A stretch of 64,000 bases of DNA, from assembly GCA_040954595.2 (NCBI GenBank), contig CM082593.2:2621434-2685433 (forward strand), written 5' to 3'. Shown here piece after piece: positions 13,260 through 28,100 of the stretch; positions within the stretch are counted from its first letter, which is position 1, and each line of letters begins with the position of its first letter. Source of the stretch: Balanoglossus misakiensis (Eukaryota > Animalia > Hemichordata). Below the pieces are notes generated by a model. That model saw nothing but the letters and a program-made list of their open reading frames with translations, ran no database searches and was not told the DNA's origin. Both the position numbers and the translations under genes were made by a program.

Positions 13260-15104
13260 AAACTCCAGCAATAACAGAAGGGGACCAAGCGCCTGAGGGC
13301 GCTTGGTCCCCTAATAAACACGATATTTCACGAAAATTCACCCGGAGCATTTAAATTGTCAATACCCAGACTGATATTCCTACATTTTTCATATAGCATG
13401 GCTAGTCAATTAACTATATGATTTTTCTGTGGGGCAAATGGTCAAGGTATGCGTTTGTAAACGCCCATCGTGCTCATAGGCACAAAGGCTACAGTATTTT
13501 GTTAAACCTCAGTAATTAACCAAGTCTCGCGAGATCTTACAATGAACGGAATATTATCTATTCAATATTCGCCATCTAACACAATGACAACAATACAGCA
13601 AAAAAAAGAAGCGACTTGGAGTTTTAGAAACTAGTTAATGACCAATTAAGTCGGCTAACGATCACAAAACGCTCCAAATCTAAACGCAACAGGACTTGTC
13701 GTCAATTATATTAAGCTACATGTATATCAAACAGAGAAATGACGTCACCCAAAGAGCGCTGGCTATTTGTAAAACACGGCTTCTTTAAGAAACAGCGGGT
13801 TTTAATTTTACTGGAACCAGTCTCCCGTAAAAAAGCCGACACTAAATGGAATATTTTAAGTGCATTACCTCTGAATACTTTCATTAAGGTTCTAAAAACA
13901 CGGGTTCAGAAAAACACCGCGTCCGATAACCATGCCAACGTATTATACTACAATTTTGAAGAAAATGAGTCCAAGGTCACTACACTCTCCTCGATTTTTT
14001 TGACGTAAATCATGTTCGATTTGTCGAAACTTAATATAAGAATTACCTTAAATGGTATATAATTGTCCCTTTCATGGCCAATCAAAAAACCTATGCAGTC
14101 ATCTGTTCTCTTTCATCAACGCTCAGAATATTTCAACCCTCAGTTATTACAAATTACAGCATTAGACAAAGCGACGTCATGTGACGGCCTCCATTCCCTG
14201 GGCCGTCTACCTTATTCCTGTGCTAAGTTATCAATGTTCCAAAGTTATCATAAGCTTGTGCGTCTCTGAAACAATTTACGGAACCTGACTGCGTTTCAAA
14301 CAAATCTGAGGGACTCTTCTTGTTCTTATCGAAGGATTTAGTTTCCGTACGAATTCGACACTCTTGAATCAGTGTGTTACAATCAGGAAAAAACAAGATC
14401 GGAGGATTTAAGAGCGTCGAATTTGTGTGGAATCTAAATCCTGTTATCATGTGGGCTTTTATAGCAACACATGTGATTCAACACAGCCGTTGAATTAATA
14501 TGCACACAGGATGCTGTTTTGACGCAATGTATCAGACACGCTCTGTTATTTCAAATGGACCACGAGCGCTGTCTGTCCACAGGATTACATTACTGTAATT
14601 CTCTTTGGACATCCAGGAAACACGGCTGGCGGCACGTTTAAACTGGTTATGATAATTGGATTGATTGCTGAAAACCCTTTTATGAAAATGTAAGTAATAA
14701 ATGAGAAGCCACATTGACAAAATGCTGCAGGAGGCAAGACTACTTTTTTTCCATAAAATTTCAAGTCAGAATAACGATATGTTCGGGTACGTTGAGCCCA
14801 GGTAATAAATCTCATTTTGAATCCAACAATTGGCCAAATTTAGAGCAAGCCATCCTTGCTAGTCGCCACTCTAGTACCCAGAGCACACTTCACGGAGTTC
14901 TATTATAGACCTTCCCAGCATGAGATGAGTCCCATGCACTAGCGAAGGTGTGGTTAATATCCCTATATGATATGTTGTATCCGGAATTCGTGTCTCCACA
15001 CCACAGGATATTAAGTTATGGTTGATATTCTCTCAAATTATATCTAAGAATATTAAAAAATAGTTTGCGTGGTTTTTATTTTGTGTAAATAAGGCTCTGT
15101 TCAT

Positions 15105-15587
15105 TGTTACGACCCGCAGGCCGTCCAAGCCAAAAATATGCGGATAATAGAGAGGCCAATTTACCTGTGACCGGGTGGCTTGTTTTACACCCGAACCGGC
15201 CAACAGGCCTCGAAAACATCCACCACGGCTTCACCAAGTCCCTTCGGCAGTTTCAATCTTCAGCTACCACAGTCAACAGGCAAACTCCGTACGGTGGGCT
15301 CCCAAAACTCCTCCAAGGCGACGGCACAGCTACCAGACCAGAATCAAAATGAGCCACGTGACCCGACAACGTGGCACTGGATGGTTTTTATACGACCAAA
15401 AACTAACACCTGGTCACGCTAATATGTTAAATAAAGAAATAAACATAGGTGCACCTGGCCACGAAAACAATAGGAAAACTTCTCCTACGTAATATCATGT
15501 TATAGTCCCAGTCGACGAAGTCCCAGGGACTTACACATAATAGGGTCCGTCCGTTTGTGCGGTGGACTCCTTTTCGAGACCATAACA
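15105..15587. mobile_element. Possible solo LTR (~480 bp)
   Basis: It begins TGTTACG and ends CATAACA, an imperfect TG...CA inverted terminus. It is more GC-rich than its flanks and has AATAAA near 15430. No target-site duplication is visible. Confidence 0.3.
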
Positions 15588-18500
15588 GTGAAAAATCTGT
15601 GTAACAAGAATTCAGACACCTGTATGATCATTCCTTACAAGATGCAATCCCTCTCTCACGTGACGCATTGCGCGCCAGGAGTCTCCGAAGAACATCAAAG
15701 GAACTGCCGTACGGTGCTGTCTTAGGAATAAGTTTCACACCTGCAGTTCTAAATGTATCGTTCCTGAGGCTATTTTTTTTCTGTGCAAACTCCCCTTTTA
15801 AGTGGCTCTCTAGAAGCAATTGCACGGACAAAAATCCCATGGGGAGTTGAGTAATTGCCAGGATGGTATATGCTGGAATCAAGGGAGGGGGGTCGGGTCT
15901 TAGAAAGCGATACTGTGGATGGGGTCACGTGACGCCTGGGGGAAGGCCATGGCTTGCATTAAGGCGTTGAAACTAATCTTAATCTCATCTTCATCTGGGG
16001 ATAGACTTGAAATTTCAAACTTTACATGGATATAGAAACCTGTTTATTTTCGTACGCTTACCAACTCTGACGAATAAACACCACTGCGGTTTTTAACAAT
16101 GAATGCTATACATTAGCTGTAACTTCGGGATATTTTTGCGATATTTTCGCTCTTTTTATCGACTATTGTTTCTTGCTCTATCCCGCACCATGGTTACAGA
16201 GAGTAACCTTCGACGGTTCATCCTCGGTTCTGTAACATGCAGCTGAGTACAGTCAGCAACACGGCTGTCTGGGGCGCTTCATACATCCCATTTTCTTGGC
16301 TGTCATCTTCTATACATCTACAGAGACTTTGACGTAACTCTTTCATAATTGGTTCTGTCGTGTAAGTAGTTAAGTGATCTTTCGGACAATATTTGCAGTG
16401 TTATGTTATACACACCGTTTACATATTAGGTAGGAATAACCTTTGCTCCTTGTATTTCATGAAATTTGCCCCCCCCCCCCCCATATGTATTTGCTTTTGT
16501 ACATACTCGCACGATTTCTAATGTAGATATTTTCGTCAGAGAAAAAATATGGCACGTCTTTGATTGTTTTCCTCTATTGAATTCTGGTATTTGCGCACAT
16601 ATTTTATCTGGTGCAATAAATTCTATTTAGATAATGAATATTCATTCACAACGTGAGAAGCGACGCAAGAATTATAGGGAAAACTTTAGCCCTGTTATCA
16701 TTATTCTGGTTATCGTTTGCTCCTTCTGAAAAGCGGCATTTTTCGTCTCATTTCTCGATTATTAATCGTCGCTCTAACCCCTGGGGATACTGTGTATACG
16801 TCACGAAATTACGTCATCGAATTATGTGTTCGTGTTCAGCTATTACCAACCAAGCGAGAGAAATGAAATCCATGGTGCGCTGACTAATGACTGGTTGTAA
16901 TTTCACTTGATACCCGAATTAATGAAACACCATATTAAGTAATATAGGAGAATCAGGTTAAATGTCCCCTACCTTGCCCTTTTAATAAAACACAATTTCT
17001 CAAATTGGACATTAATTTTCGCAGTCTAACTTCCTACGTGTAGCTTTTGAATATGTCCCGGTAGAGTGGGCCTGCCAGAATGAATCTCGTTCACTAATTT
17101 ATATTTTTCCACGCGTCACAAATTACAATTGATTTTTCAATTTTCTCATTAAACGGAGTCGGTTTCTTTCATTGTGAGCGCAGCGGGCGTTTCATATTCT
17201 ACCCGGAAGTACCGTTGGCAAATCATTCTCCTTCGTTCACGTAGATTACATTACCGAGGACATTTGTCATGCGTGAACTATATTGTAACATTGTGCCCCC
17301 CCTCCAAACGTTCATCGTTACTCATTGGCTATCGTGAATTTCAAAATGGCCAATTGGAATATTACTTTGTGATTTCCTGCTACTGCAATACACCTCAAGT
17401 TGTGTAACTTTTATATGTACGCGTACTTTAACTCATACACCAGAAGTTTCTTGGAAAACCGCAGTATGAGCAAGACCTAGGGGTGATTTACAACACAATC
17501 ATACCAGACACGTTCACAATAAATGTCGTCACTGGAGGATAAACCTTAATTCCACACTGAAAGACAGAGTATTGAGTCGGCGGTGTCTAAGAACCAGCTT
17601 AGCCTCTTCACCTCCACACAGTGGTCTAATCCCATTATTGTCAATGTTTGGGTTGTACCACATGCGGGGAAATGGGGTGGGAGGGTTGTTTTCCGATATC
17701 ACGTCCTTTTGAGGCAGTCCAGCCAACATATCGTTTCCTCAGACGTTAGGTAATTCTACAGAAAGCTACAAATCAAATCGTGCTTGCTGTCTTCAACTCG
17801 GATTCGCCAAAACGAAGGAGGGACGACAGGTACTCGGCATCAAATCGCCATGGCAACCCATCACTTTCCACGATTGAACATCCCTTAAGGCGCCGTTTTA
17901 TCAGTGTCACCGAGTGCACGCGGCTGGCTAAGTGCGCGGTCTTCGGTTGCGTCTTTCCCTTGTTCGTTTCAGCGAAAGTGATTACGTTTTGTCAGCTGAG
18001 GATTGGAGTGAAATGGACATAAGCAATGCGATTACTCAAGAAAAGCCGTTACCCAATGAGTGGACATTGCAAAGCTATTTGTAGAAAGATCTAAAGCGGA
18101 TCGCTAGTCAATGTGGCAAGATCGTTCATCGTGGCAGTCACTGTGGTTATTAGTACGGGATAAAGAACCCATAAAACTAAGAAAACTGTCCACAGTCACT
18201 ATTTTACAATCTAAGCTACGGGTAAACTTCACCGAGCAGATATCTAAAGAAGATATCTAATTCTCGCGGTGACTAAATTATAAGTCATGTCTCTTCAACT
18301 ACGAATCGAGTGTGACGCACGAAAATATCAACCATCAGAACCAGAATCGACCCTAACATTGAACTGATCCTAAAAGCAACGTCATAAAAAATCGTTAACC
18401 GCAAACGAAAGTCGTTTTCCGACACTTAGTTTTACAATTTGCACGACTATAGCGCCAAGTACATAAAAGGTTATAGGCCCATAAATGGGCATTGTGTCAA

Positions 18501-21210
18501 ATTTTACGGTATGTCGGTGCCTTTTACGCTGTTTAATTAAAACGGGGGCATAATGACCCCGGGTTGGCCACTAATACCAGAACATTGAAGCCCCGAGAGA
18601 ACGTATGAATTGGTTAATCGTTTTGTATTGACCAATATCTATTCTCAATTATAAGGCAGTTACCAACCATGATATAAAACAAGTTAAAATCTTGCATCAA
18701 TCATAAATATTTGCCCAAACGTCACTTCCAGGTGAGAATTCGTGGTGTGGATTCGCGCAATCGAAATCATCATTAGCAACAAGAAATCATGAAACCCGGA
18801 AACCTTCTGTCCCGCCGAAGTACCTCTAGTGCTGCCGATACACTAATAATAATTTTAAGACTGCTAATAAAATGTTAAAATTTCCATCAATGTGTTTCCT
18901 AGGCGACCATTGTGCACAGCAAAAAAAACCAGAGTCATACTTCATATATACAAGTCAATAACAGACTCCCGCTGATAATTGTAAGAGAGAGAATTGTACG
19001 TAGACAATGTGATGTTAGAGTACTCACATGACCAACATGCATTAGAGCTCAAAATTTGCAGTACATTGTTCTTGACACGATGCACCTATCACGAGAAATG
19101 ACAAGCCTGTTCTGCTCACAATAGAACTCTCTGGACTATTAGTGTTCTCTATAGGAACCAATTCAACACATACCATGTTCTGCGAAAAGGCCACATGATT
19201 TCAGATTAAAAAAGGTACATCAAGTGCGCGTCACTCTTTGTTGCTTATTATTTACCGCACTCAAAGTACGCCTCAGTTTCCTTGCGAGACGTCTCCGTTT
19301 CTCCTTAATCCAATATTGAACAGTTCCTTGCCTTATTTCTCCGTCTGTACGTGACGTGTATAACGCCCGTATACCCTAAGCATACAAGATTGCCATGAAA
19401 GAACTCGGCATATCTGTCTCAAGATGCATGCAGTCGCCCTTTTGCTTAGATCTTGTGGTACTGTTCGTCCACAGACTTGAGGATTTCGCTTTCGTTTGGT
19501 TGTACCTACGTAGAGCTACGTTTTCAATGACTAACGCACACATTTGCCAGTTTATACTCCAATACAGATTGTTTTTATACCGTCACTCATGTGTAGTTTT
19601 ATATCTGACTCTTACCCGTCACCAATCCCACAGTACATTATTCACCAGGGCACAAAGCTCTATCTCCAGAAATCAAATCAACAATCCAATTCAAAATTTT
19701 TATTGGTGATTACGTACAACCAATGCACACAGGAACTGAAACAGTGAATTGGCCAATACATGTAAGCCAATCATTTGCCCGTTAACAGCGGCGTCTCCTA
19801 GGCTTGGCTGTGTTTCTGTACTGTTACGCGATGATTGAAATTTAATTGTGCATATAAAAAGTGCAGTTCACGGGAGCTTTGAAATTTGTCTCACGGAACA
19901 ACCTTGTCAAGAAATCATAAAAAAATCCCGAATACATTTATCACTGATCTTTGTATTCTTAACATTTATCTCAATTATTGACCGTGAGATATGATTCAGA
20001 GTGTTTGAACTGACTTATGATATGCTGTGCGTGCGCTAAATTCTGAATCGAAAACGTATGAGCAAGGTCGGATGGCTATCGGAAATACCATTCCATTTAT
20101 TCTCCCATGGGGTGAAATTCACCGGTGTTGTATGATACAATTACAGATCGCTTGTATTTTCGAGTTTCGCTCTTTTACGGTGTTAAGTGCCAAGGTTTTG
20201 TTTCCTATCAGTGGCAATACAGCAACTACTACGCTGTTTTGCAGCGTTACAAGTACGGCGATCACGCCGCCCACTAAAAACATCTCCGAGTCTATCTTAC
20301 GCCGAAATAGCTGCGTCTCAGAGGACCGGACCTTTGAACGCTGTACACGTTCTAAGCTGTACGGTGTATCGGCACCGTGAAGCGGTGCGTTTGGCTGTAT
20401 ACTTTACGGTCCAATTTGCCGGTGGCATTCAGAACAGGTCGGTAAATCTGCGTGAGGCGTGTGTTTAGTGCCCCGTGAGATTCGGTGTAAGCGTTGATAT
20501 TAAGATAGGCGGATGACCAACATTCCCCGTTGGCTCACGTTATCACGTCCGCGTAAATGGAAAGTCTGCCAGCAAGCGCAAAAGTGCGAGGGAAATCTTG
20601 ACACGGCGTTATCCTCAAATATATGTCACAGGCGATAGGTGCTTAGGTTCTTTACTTCAACTTTTTTGAAATGGAATTGACCTTTACTTATTTATAGTTA
20701 GCAAAAGCTCGAATGTGACGTCTTTGTTGCTTTCCCTACCCCCTTTATAGCCTCGTTTGGTTTGCGATGTATGAAACTTTATCCAAACTGGATTATAATA
20801 ACATGCTTTTCCCCTTTACGCTTTTATCCTAGTTGACCCGGGGGTCACCGATACAAATGAATAAGCGCCCGGTAAATTGCAAATTAATACAGAAGGCGTA
20901 ACAAAAGACGTCGGTAAACTAAATAGGCTACCTGTGTGATTTTTTTTATTGTAAAATATCGACTAGAGTTCTCTCTGAGGCGACCGCACCTGTCATGTGC
21001 AGTGGAGCAGATTTCACAAGTCAAACGACGTGGCGTTGTGACTGTGAGATTCTTGAGTTGATTATACGTATAAAGGGTGCCTTTTACCCGAGGCAGATTT
21101 TCAAGCAGAGCTTCTGTAGTTGAATTATTTTCTCGAAAGGTCCCTCTGGGTAAAGATTTACTTGGTATTAACCCAACTATAATAGGTCAAGGGTCAAGCA
21201 TAATCGCCAA

Positions 21211-21477
21211 TACATACATACATACATACATACATACATACATACATACATACATACATACATACATACATACATACATACATACATACATACATACATA
21301 CATACATACATACATACATACATACATACATACATACATACATACATACATACATACATACATACATACATACATACATACATACATACATACATACATA
21401 CATACATACATGCATGCATGCATGCATGCATGCATGCATGCATACATACATACATACATACATACATACATACATAC
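21211..21477. repeat. (TACA)n microsatellite with an internal (TGCA)n patch
   Basis: About 265 bp of tacatacata..., switching to catgcatg at ~21409-21443. Confidence 0.98.
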
Positions 21478-23665
21478 TAGTAATCTAGGTTTTGTTGATC
21501 TTATATGGCAAACAAACACCTACAGCTTAAAAAGGCCTAACCTTGAGGCTCAGGGTCACACATATTACATCCTGCTAGCCTTTATTTTTCTTTGAAATTT
21601 CCATCCATTATAAGCGCTTTCCGTGTTAATAACGCTCCTAGAAATGTGCCTCTTCGATCACGTCTACACTTATTCCTTTTAAGAGTGCAAGGCTACTTTG
21701 CAGTTAGCACGCGACCGTGTTGATTCTTATAACGCATCCATACATTCTTATAAACAAAGTTTTACAAGGGAGTCTGGGACTCACGAACGGTGAATACCAC
21801 CCGTCGCCTGTTCTTTGAAACATGAATGAGTACTGACATAAAAATAGCTTTGCGTGCGGTCAAACAGGAAAGATATTTTGAAAATCTTAGGTACAATAGT
21901 CACTGCACTGTGCTGTTTCAGTCGCCGGATAGCCAGGGCGGGTCCACTGCACATGCGTTGAAACAGTCGAATATATGAAGCTAATCTGAACTGATGTTTT
22001 CGAATAGGCCGAGATGCAAAACTAAACTGTCTTCATTGATCATGTACTATGGACCATGTCCACATCTAATTGTCCTTGTTACAGGGAGAATTTATAACAA
22101 AACACGACGAAAGAAGTCAAGACAAAATGAATATATAGCAAACAATAAAAAAGAAACCAAGAAAACAAGCAAAATCATAGAATAAAATTTATCTCTAATG
22201 AACTTCGTGAAGAAACGTCTATTCTAATCTCACACAGTGCATTGAAAATAACTTCCCGGGAAAAGCTGTCATAATCCTTCATATATTGCATTAGACTCCC
22301 AATTATGTGCAGTTAAAGCCTCTTAATGGCCAAACTAATATGTACCACCTGACAAAATATTACGCTCCAGGAATTTCACATCTTCAAATAGCCCAGAACA
22401 GCATCCTGATTATTGCCAACAAATTGCTATGGTAACCTAGCGACTGGACGACTATGCTGAAATGCTTGTCTAGTCAACTCATGATCAGCTGTCGTCAAAA
22501 CGCCCTAACCATGAGTGTATTGAAGAGAATATTCCATTAGACACTAAAATTATTAAGACTTTACTTCCTCCATATTGCTGAGCTCGATTGCCTAATCTGG
22601 TGTGACGCAAAAAAGTTCAGAAAGTGGATCTTCGGAAAATCGCTATGCAATATTGTCTAGGTTAGTGAAAATCTCTGAAACCGATTGCAATATCGGCAAT
22701 ATCCTTTCCGTTTCAAAACCACACTCGAATAACCAAAGACTTGCCGAAAAAGGACAATTTGTGTATTCATTTGACTATAAACGTGCGCTTTTGCGTCGGA
22801 AGTTCCCAGAATATGTGGGCTGCTGTTTGTACTGGGAAATTTACAGACAGTCTGAACGTACACACAAAAACTATTCTACCGCGTTTACTCACCCCTTTCC
22901 GTGAGTTGGGTTCATTACACGCTGTAATTCCCGTGGTGGAAAGTCAAAGCATGCAAACGTATCCGGCGCAGCAATACACGAGGTCTGGTTATAGCACAGC
23001 GCTACAGGGCATCATTAAAAGACATTGCACCACGACGTCCCCACTAAGTAACCGTTTGCTCACAGTCAGTAAAACCGTATAGTACTCTGGGAGGCTTTCA
23101 CTTGGAGTGACTGAAATCAGACTCATATGTATGTACGACTTAGATCGGACCATCTATCTTTCTGGATATTGTGCCTGGTTTTCAGTCGGCCTGAACAACG
23201 TACAATTAAATTACCGTCGGTAGAGTTGTGCTCATACGTCGCTAGGCAAATACACCATTGTTGTTAAAGTCACAACCAATGAAAGGACCCATACAAGTGA
23301 TGTCATTGTGATTAAATCAGAAATTGCTGATGTCAATATTTTCAAATACATGAACAGACTTAAAGATAGCACGCCTTATTCGCTTGTGTTAGAAGAAAGT
23401 TACATTGAGAAAAAGAGCGCTGAAAGAAGTGATGTGGCACACACCGCCCCTTTCAGAGACATTTTTACAATCATTGAAATATGGAGAAGTGTTCACTGCT
23501 AACGGTAGAAACCGCTTTACTGTATCAAGGGAGGCTTGCTGACAACCCGTATGCAACCCTTCTCAATCCTGTCCACCAGGCACAGATTATAAAATGTCAT
23601 GTGATCACACAGAGTGCCACTAGATTTCTATGTGCGTCATGTGGCGGCCATATTCCTTTGCGGCA

Positions 23666-23912
23666 AAGACGAATTTTTAAAAAGTAGTTCCGGGTTCACT
23701 GGTTTCATCACAACTGTAGTCGGGTTAACCATTCTCTACAGGACTGAAGGTAATGTGAATGCTACAATTAAGGTAAAAATTACTGCATAGTCTTACAAAC
23801 CTAAGTTTGAGAAGGTGGTGTGACTGAAGACGAATTTTTAAAAAAAGTAGTTCCGGGTTCACTGGTTTCATCAGACCGCAGTCTGGCTACCCAGTCTCTA
23901 AATGCCTGAAGG
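23666..23912. repeat. Imperfect direct duplication (~85 bp unit, ~160 bp spacing)
   Basis: aagacgaatttttaaaaa(a)gtagttccgggttcactggtttcatca...ctgaagg occurs at 23666-23750 and 23827-23912. Confidence 0.8.
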
Positions 23913-25110
23913 CACTGCAAAACTCCCTGTGACATTCCCATTCAAATCGCTGCAGTGATTTTGCTTGAACTCCTGGCATGCAATAAAACTGTGACCATTT
24001 CTAATAAATTGAGCGATGACCACAAGAGCCCCTACTCACATTTTTCAATCAAGACTCTCCCGAAAACCCTCAATCAAAACATTTGCTTACATTCAATCCA
24101 CCCGTCCCAAACCCTTAACAAACACAGACAGACGCCGAGGCTCTCAAGTATCAAGCATTGGAGAGTAAAATGTCACCCATCTATCAGGGGATGCACCAAT
24201 CAGCACAAATAAGATTTTCCCAATCCATGATTGTGTTAGTTTTTATGATGTAAAAATTCTAACTCAATTTTTATAACTATCAATTTGGTCATTATCTTTG
24301 TCTGCATGACGCCATTTAGAGGATAGCCCCGAGACACACAAGGTGTTTAATTACCCATCTGATATCAAACGGGAAGATAAGATGGATGGGCCATTCTTCA
24401 GAGACATTATTGGATTACAACCATAGATTATAGCGCTACACATAGTGCCTGGTTATCTGATGCAGACAGACAGTAGTGGAATAGGCTTCTCTACATTTAA
24501 AACAGTATGGCCTGTAGACAACAGATCCTAGCAGGTTTTTTTTCCTATGTGAAACTGAACACAAAGATTGGCAATGGCAACTCTGCCACCTGTAACACAG
24601 CACAGGACTTTGTCACTTGTAGCACATTACATGATCTCATGACCTCATAACCTATAGCACAGCACACAACCTTACAGCCCTTACTGAAATATTACAACAT
24701 GTTACCAAACCTCAATAAATCACCTTGCAAATTAATACCACATAACAGCCTCCTTTTACATGCCATAGATGCTAAAGTATTAAAAGATGTCACACTTATA
24801 TTTTATTACTATCATGCTTTCTCCATTACCATAAATAGCATATTTCACAACTGAAATTCCAGGGTGTTGGGCATTTGAGTGTCTAAAAGCCAAACCAGAT
24901 CATAAATTACTATCGTAAACTAACATAATGCAACTAATGCCACAGCACTCACAGAAATGTTCAAAAGGCACAAAGAAAGGCAATATTCACTGTGTAATAC
25001 GTCAATCTGGATATAACAACAGCTGCGTTGAGAGAATTTCCCACAGCACTGAATTTTGAGAAGGTTGTTGATAGGTTTCAGGGGTCTGCCACGATCTGAG
25101 GCTCATACAC

Positions 25111-28100
25111 TCAAGGCATTGCTTCATCTGATTCTGTGTATTCGCACACTGCCAACTGATGCTGCTTTTCCCGGATTTCAGAAAGGGTCGCCACATCCAA
25201 TGGATTGCCTCTCAGTTTCAACCTCTCCAGCCGCCCGCTTTCCAGTAATTTCCCGATGTCCACTCCTGGGTATAGGAGAAGACATCACAGGAAATATTAA
25301 GTTTGAGAAAAAATTATATTCGCTAGCCATGCAGTGTTTGTTGGGCTTGGGACTGAATCCCATGGCATGGAGTTGAATGTTTGTAAACGTCGAGAGAGTG
25401 ACATGTTAATGCACTATACACACTCAGGCTCATACACAATTATCTGAGATTAAGCTGAACATGAGAGAGTTTGAATATCAGTGCCTTCAAAATCAAAGTC
25501 TTCAACTTTTCCTTATAATTTGCTCAAGGTGACTTTGGATTATTCTCTTTTAAAATTGGGAATAAAAATTGGTGGCTGAAATTGTTCTGTAATTTCCATT
25601 TCAGATAAACTGAAAAACCTGTGGGAATTCTGTACAGTTCTTCATTGTACACCTTGATGATGAGTCTGCTTGATCAAAGAGAATCATCCAAGGCTTATCA
25701 AATACAGAAATGGGAAATAATTCAGATATCAGAATTATTAGTGTGCAAAGGCGATCATAATTGGCGATATGATTGCATTCATGGAATAATAAGAAATCTT
25801 GTCGGATAGCTGTTTTACAAAGTGACTTCATTCTGCCATGGTGCTGGTTGCCATAGTGATAACAATGTATGCTATCTTTGCAGCTAAGCAGCTGCTGGTT
25901 ATGTTCATTTTATTCTATAACTCACACACTGATTTGCTGCACACACCCAGTACAGTGAGTATAACCACAGCTGATTACGTGCGAGTCAACACCTCACAAT
26001 GGCAGCTGTGTCCACACTCTGGATTCGCTTGTTGTGCAGAAATTCACAGTTTGTGTCAAAGAGCATACAGTCCCAGTAATTTCCGATAATTTCCTACCCC
26101 TGAATTTATGTAGCCTTAGTATCAATCCTGGCTTTCCTTGGTTCAAAACACCGCCTAGCATAGAACACTGACCTTTCAAACTAGTACATGTATATCTTAG
26201 TGGCTGATACAAGATTTTTACCAAAAATATCAAAACTTGCCCCCACAACACCACATTGCAGATATGCATGCCACAGAAAAACTTTGACAAGATTTATGCT
26301 CTATGGGCACAATCAACTTACTTGATATCATGTTCCCCTCAATGTTCAGTTCTGCCAGGCTCACCAAGCTATAGATCACAGCTGGGAAAACAGACAGTGA
26401 ATTTTGGGACATATCCAGCACTGTGAGATTCATCATGCCACTGAGAGAACCAGGGAGAGCAGACAATTTATTATCCGATATAATTAATTCTGGAAGAGAT
26501 ATTGATAAAAAAAAGTCACAGGAAAAGTCCAAGAAAGTTCCTTCAATAATTTCATGACACAAATACATGTACTGATTGGTTCCAGTTGAACACCATCAAA
26601 TGATTTCTTTTATGTCCATTTTCATGACACACATCTGGCACATGTTGCTATGGAGATGGACACTGAACATAAGATCATGATCTGCTAATAATCCTAAGTT
26701 ACAGCAGAAGACTTCAGGAGATTTTCAAGTTTGAGCCAATTATGGCCTAAATCCATTATTTTTTTCTTCAGAAGCACAGCATGTATTTCTCAAGTGCTGT
26801 AAATCTCATCTAAACGTCTGAAATAAGCTCTATCTTCCCGCAGCAGGCATGCCACCGAGAGTATAAACCTTATTAGGCAGACAGCATCGTCAAGAAAACT
26901 CACACATCAAAACTTGTGTGGAATTAACGTTGTTACAAGATCACAGCAGTCACTACTGTTATTTGAGAACTAAAGTTCCATTATTTTGCCTTCATGATAT
27001 TTCTTTTTCCTTCCCATTTTACAGAGGAAGATTGTCACCAACTATCATAATTTGTACAAATTGAACTTATACATCCATACAGTGTCCTCATGCAGATACA
27101 GTATTTTCATAGTACAGTGTTCACAGGGTGGATAGGTTGGTCATGTGATCCCTGTTTAAACAATGATGACAAAATGTATGCAGCTGGCTTTCCCAAGCAG
27201 CTAAGCTTTTCAAAAAATATATAATTCATAAAGTTTGCTCACTCAATATTAGTCAGAGAATTCTACATTTCACAGAGGCTGTTTCTCATCTGTGATCGTG
27301 AACGCAAAGAATGGGATTTCTATAATCTTAACCCATAGGCTTTTTCTTTTCTGCAGAAGCACAGAAATAGCTCAATATCCTCCCTGCGGTCTAAGCTCAA
27401 GTGTTCATGTGTTACCATGACAACTGCCAATTCTTGCCTGACAAATTGTTCCTCATATCTCCTACCCTTCAGAATTAGGATATAAACGTACCACAAGCAA
27501 ATTACTGCTTTAAGGTATCCTATCTTAAATATCACAGTGTCATGGCCAATATTTGTTAGATTTCTGTGAAGAAACCACACTAGGCAAATCTATTACTTTT
27601 GAATAATCTTCTACAAGGCTTAGAGAAATAATCATCAGTAATAAGAGCTATCCTGGATGCATCACTCTGTGAAATGAAATTGAAAACTGACTTTGGTATG
27701 TACGCGTAGGCAATAATGGTTTTTAATGGATTTTCCTCTGAAAAGTGATATTATGGGCAATCACTGAAGCGAAGCCGGAAACAACTAAAACACACACTGT
27801 TTTTATCCCCAAAATTATACCTATTCTGTGATTTCCTGGTATTTTCAAAGTTAATTTCATAAAGGAAAACACGTATGCAGAACTCGAAAAACGGCTTAAT
27901 TCTCAGACGAGCTACATGTACTGTAACCAATGGCTACAACCTGTACAGGCCACACCCCTGTAGATGGCGCCCTCTAACAATAATAAAAGCCAATATTTTA
28001 GGGTTTTTTTTAGTTTTTTAAATTACTTTATACACTGCTTTTGCTAAAGTTTCGGGCACTAGTAAGTGATTTGGGAACCCTCATAAAAATTATGCTCCAC

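Larger units (their letters stand above)
8301..13313 (-). mobile_element. Outer, older Helentron-like non-autonomous element (HINE) hosting nested insertions
   Basis: One end has a 15-bp perfect hairpin, aggggaccaagcgcc-tgag-ggcgcttggtcccct (13279-13312). The other end has the matching subterminal repeat ggggcccaagc (8325-8335) beside the small stem-loop gctgc-aa-gcagc (8307-8318). Internal segments (8500-8930, 9820-9900, 10420-10730) are diverged homologues of the inner elements. Confidence 0.6.

Noticed and set aside
4250-18760. Scattered FoxH1-type TGT(G/T)(G/T)ATT sites as Nodal-response enhancers
   Set aside because: They are isolated 8-mers over ~15 kb of AT-rich DNA, not clustered, and compatible with chance.
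21077-21595. ORFs of 93-172 aa with YIHT/MYVC repeats
   Set aside because: They are translations of the stop-free (TACA)n microsatellite, not genes.
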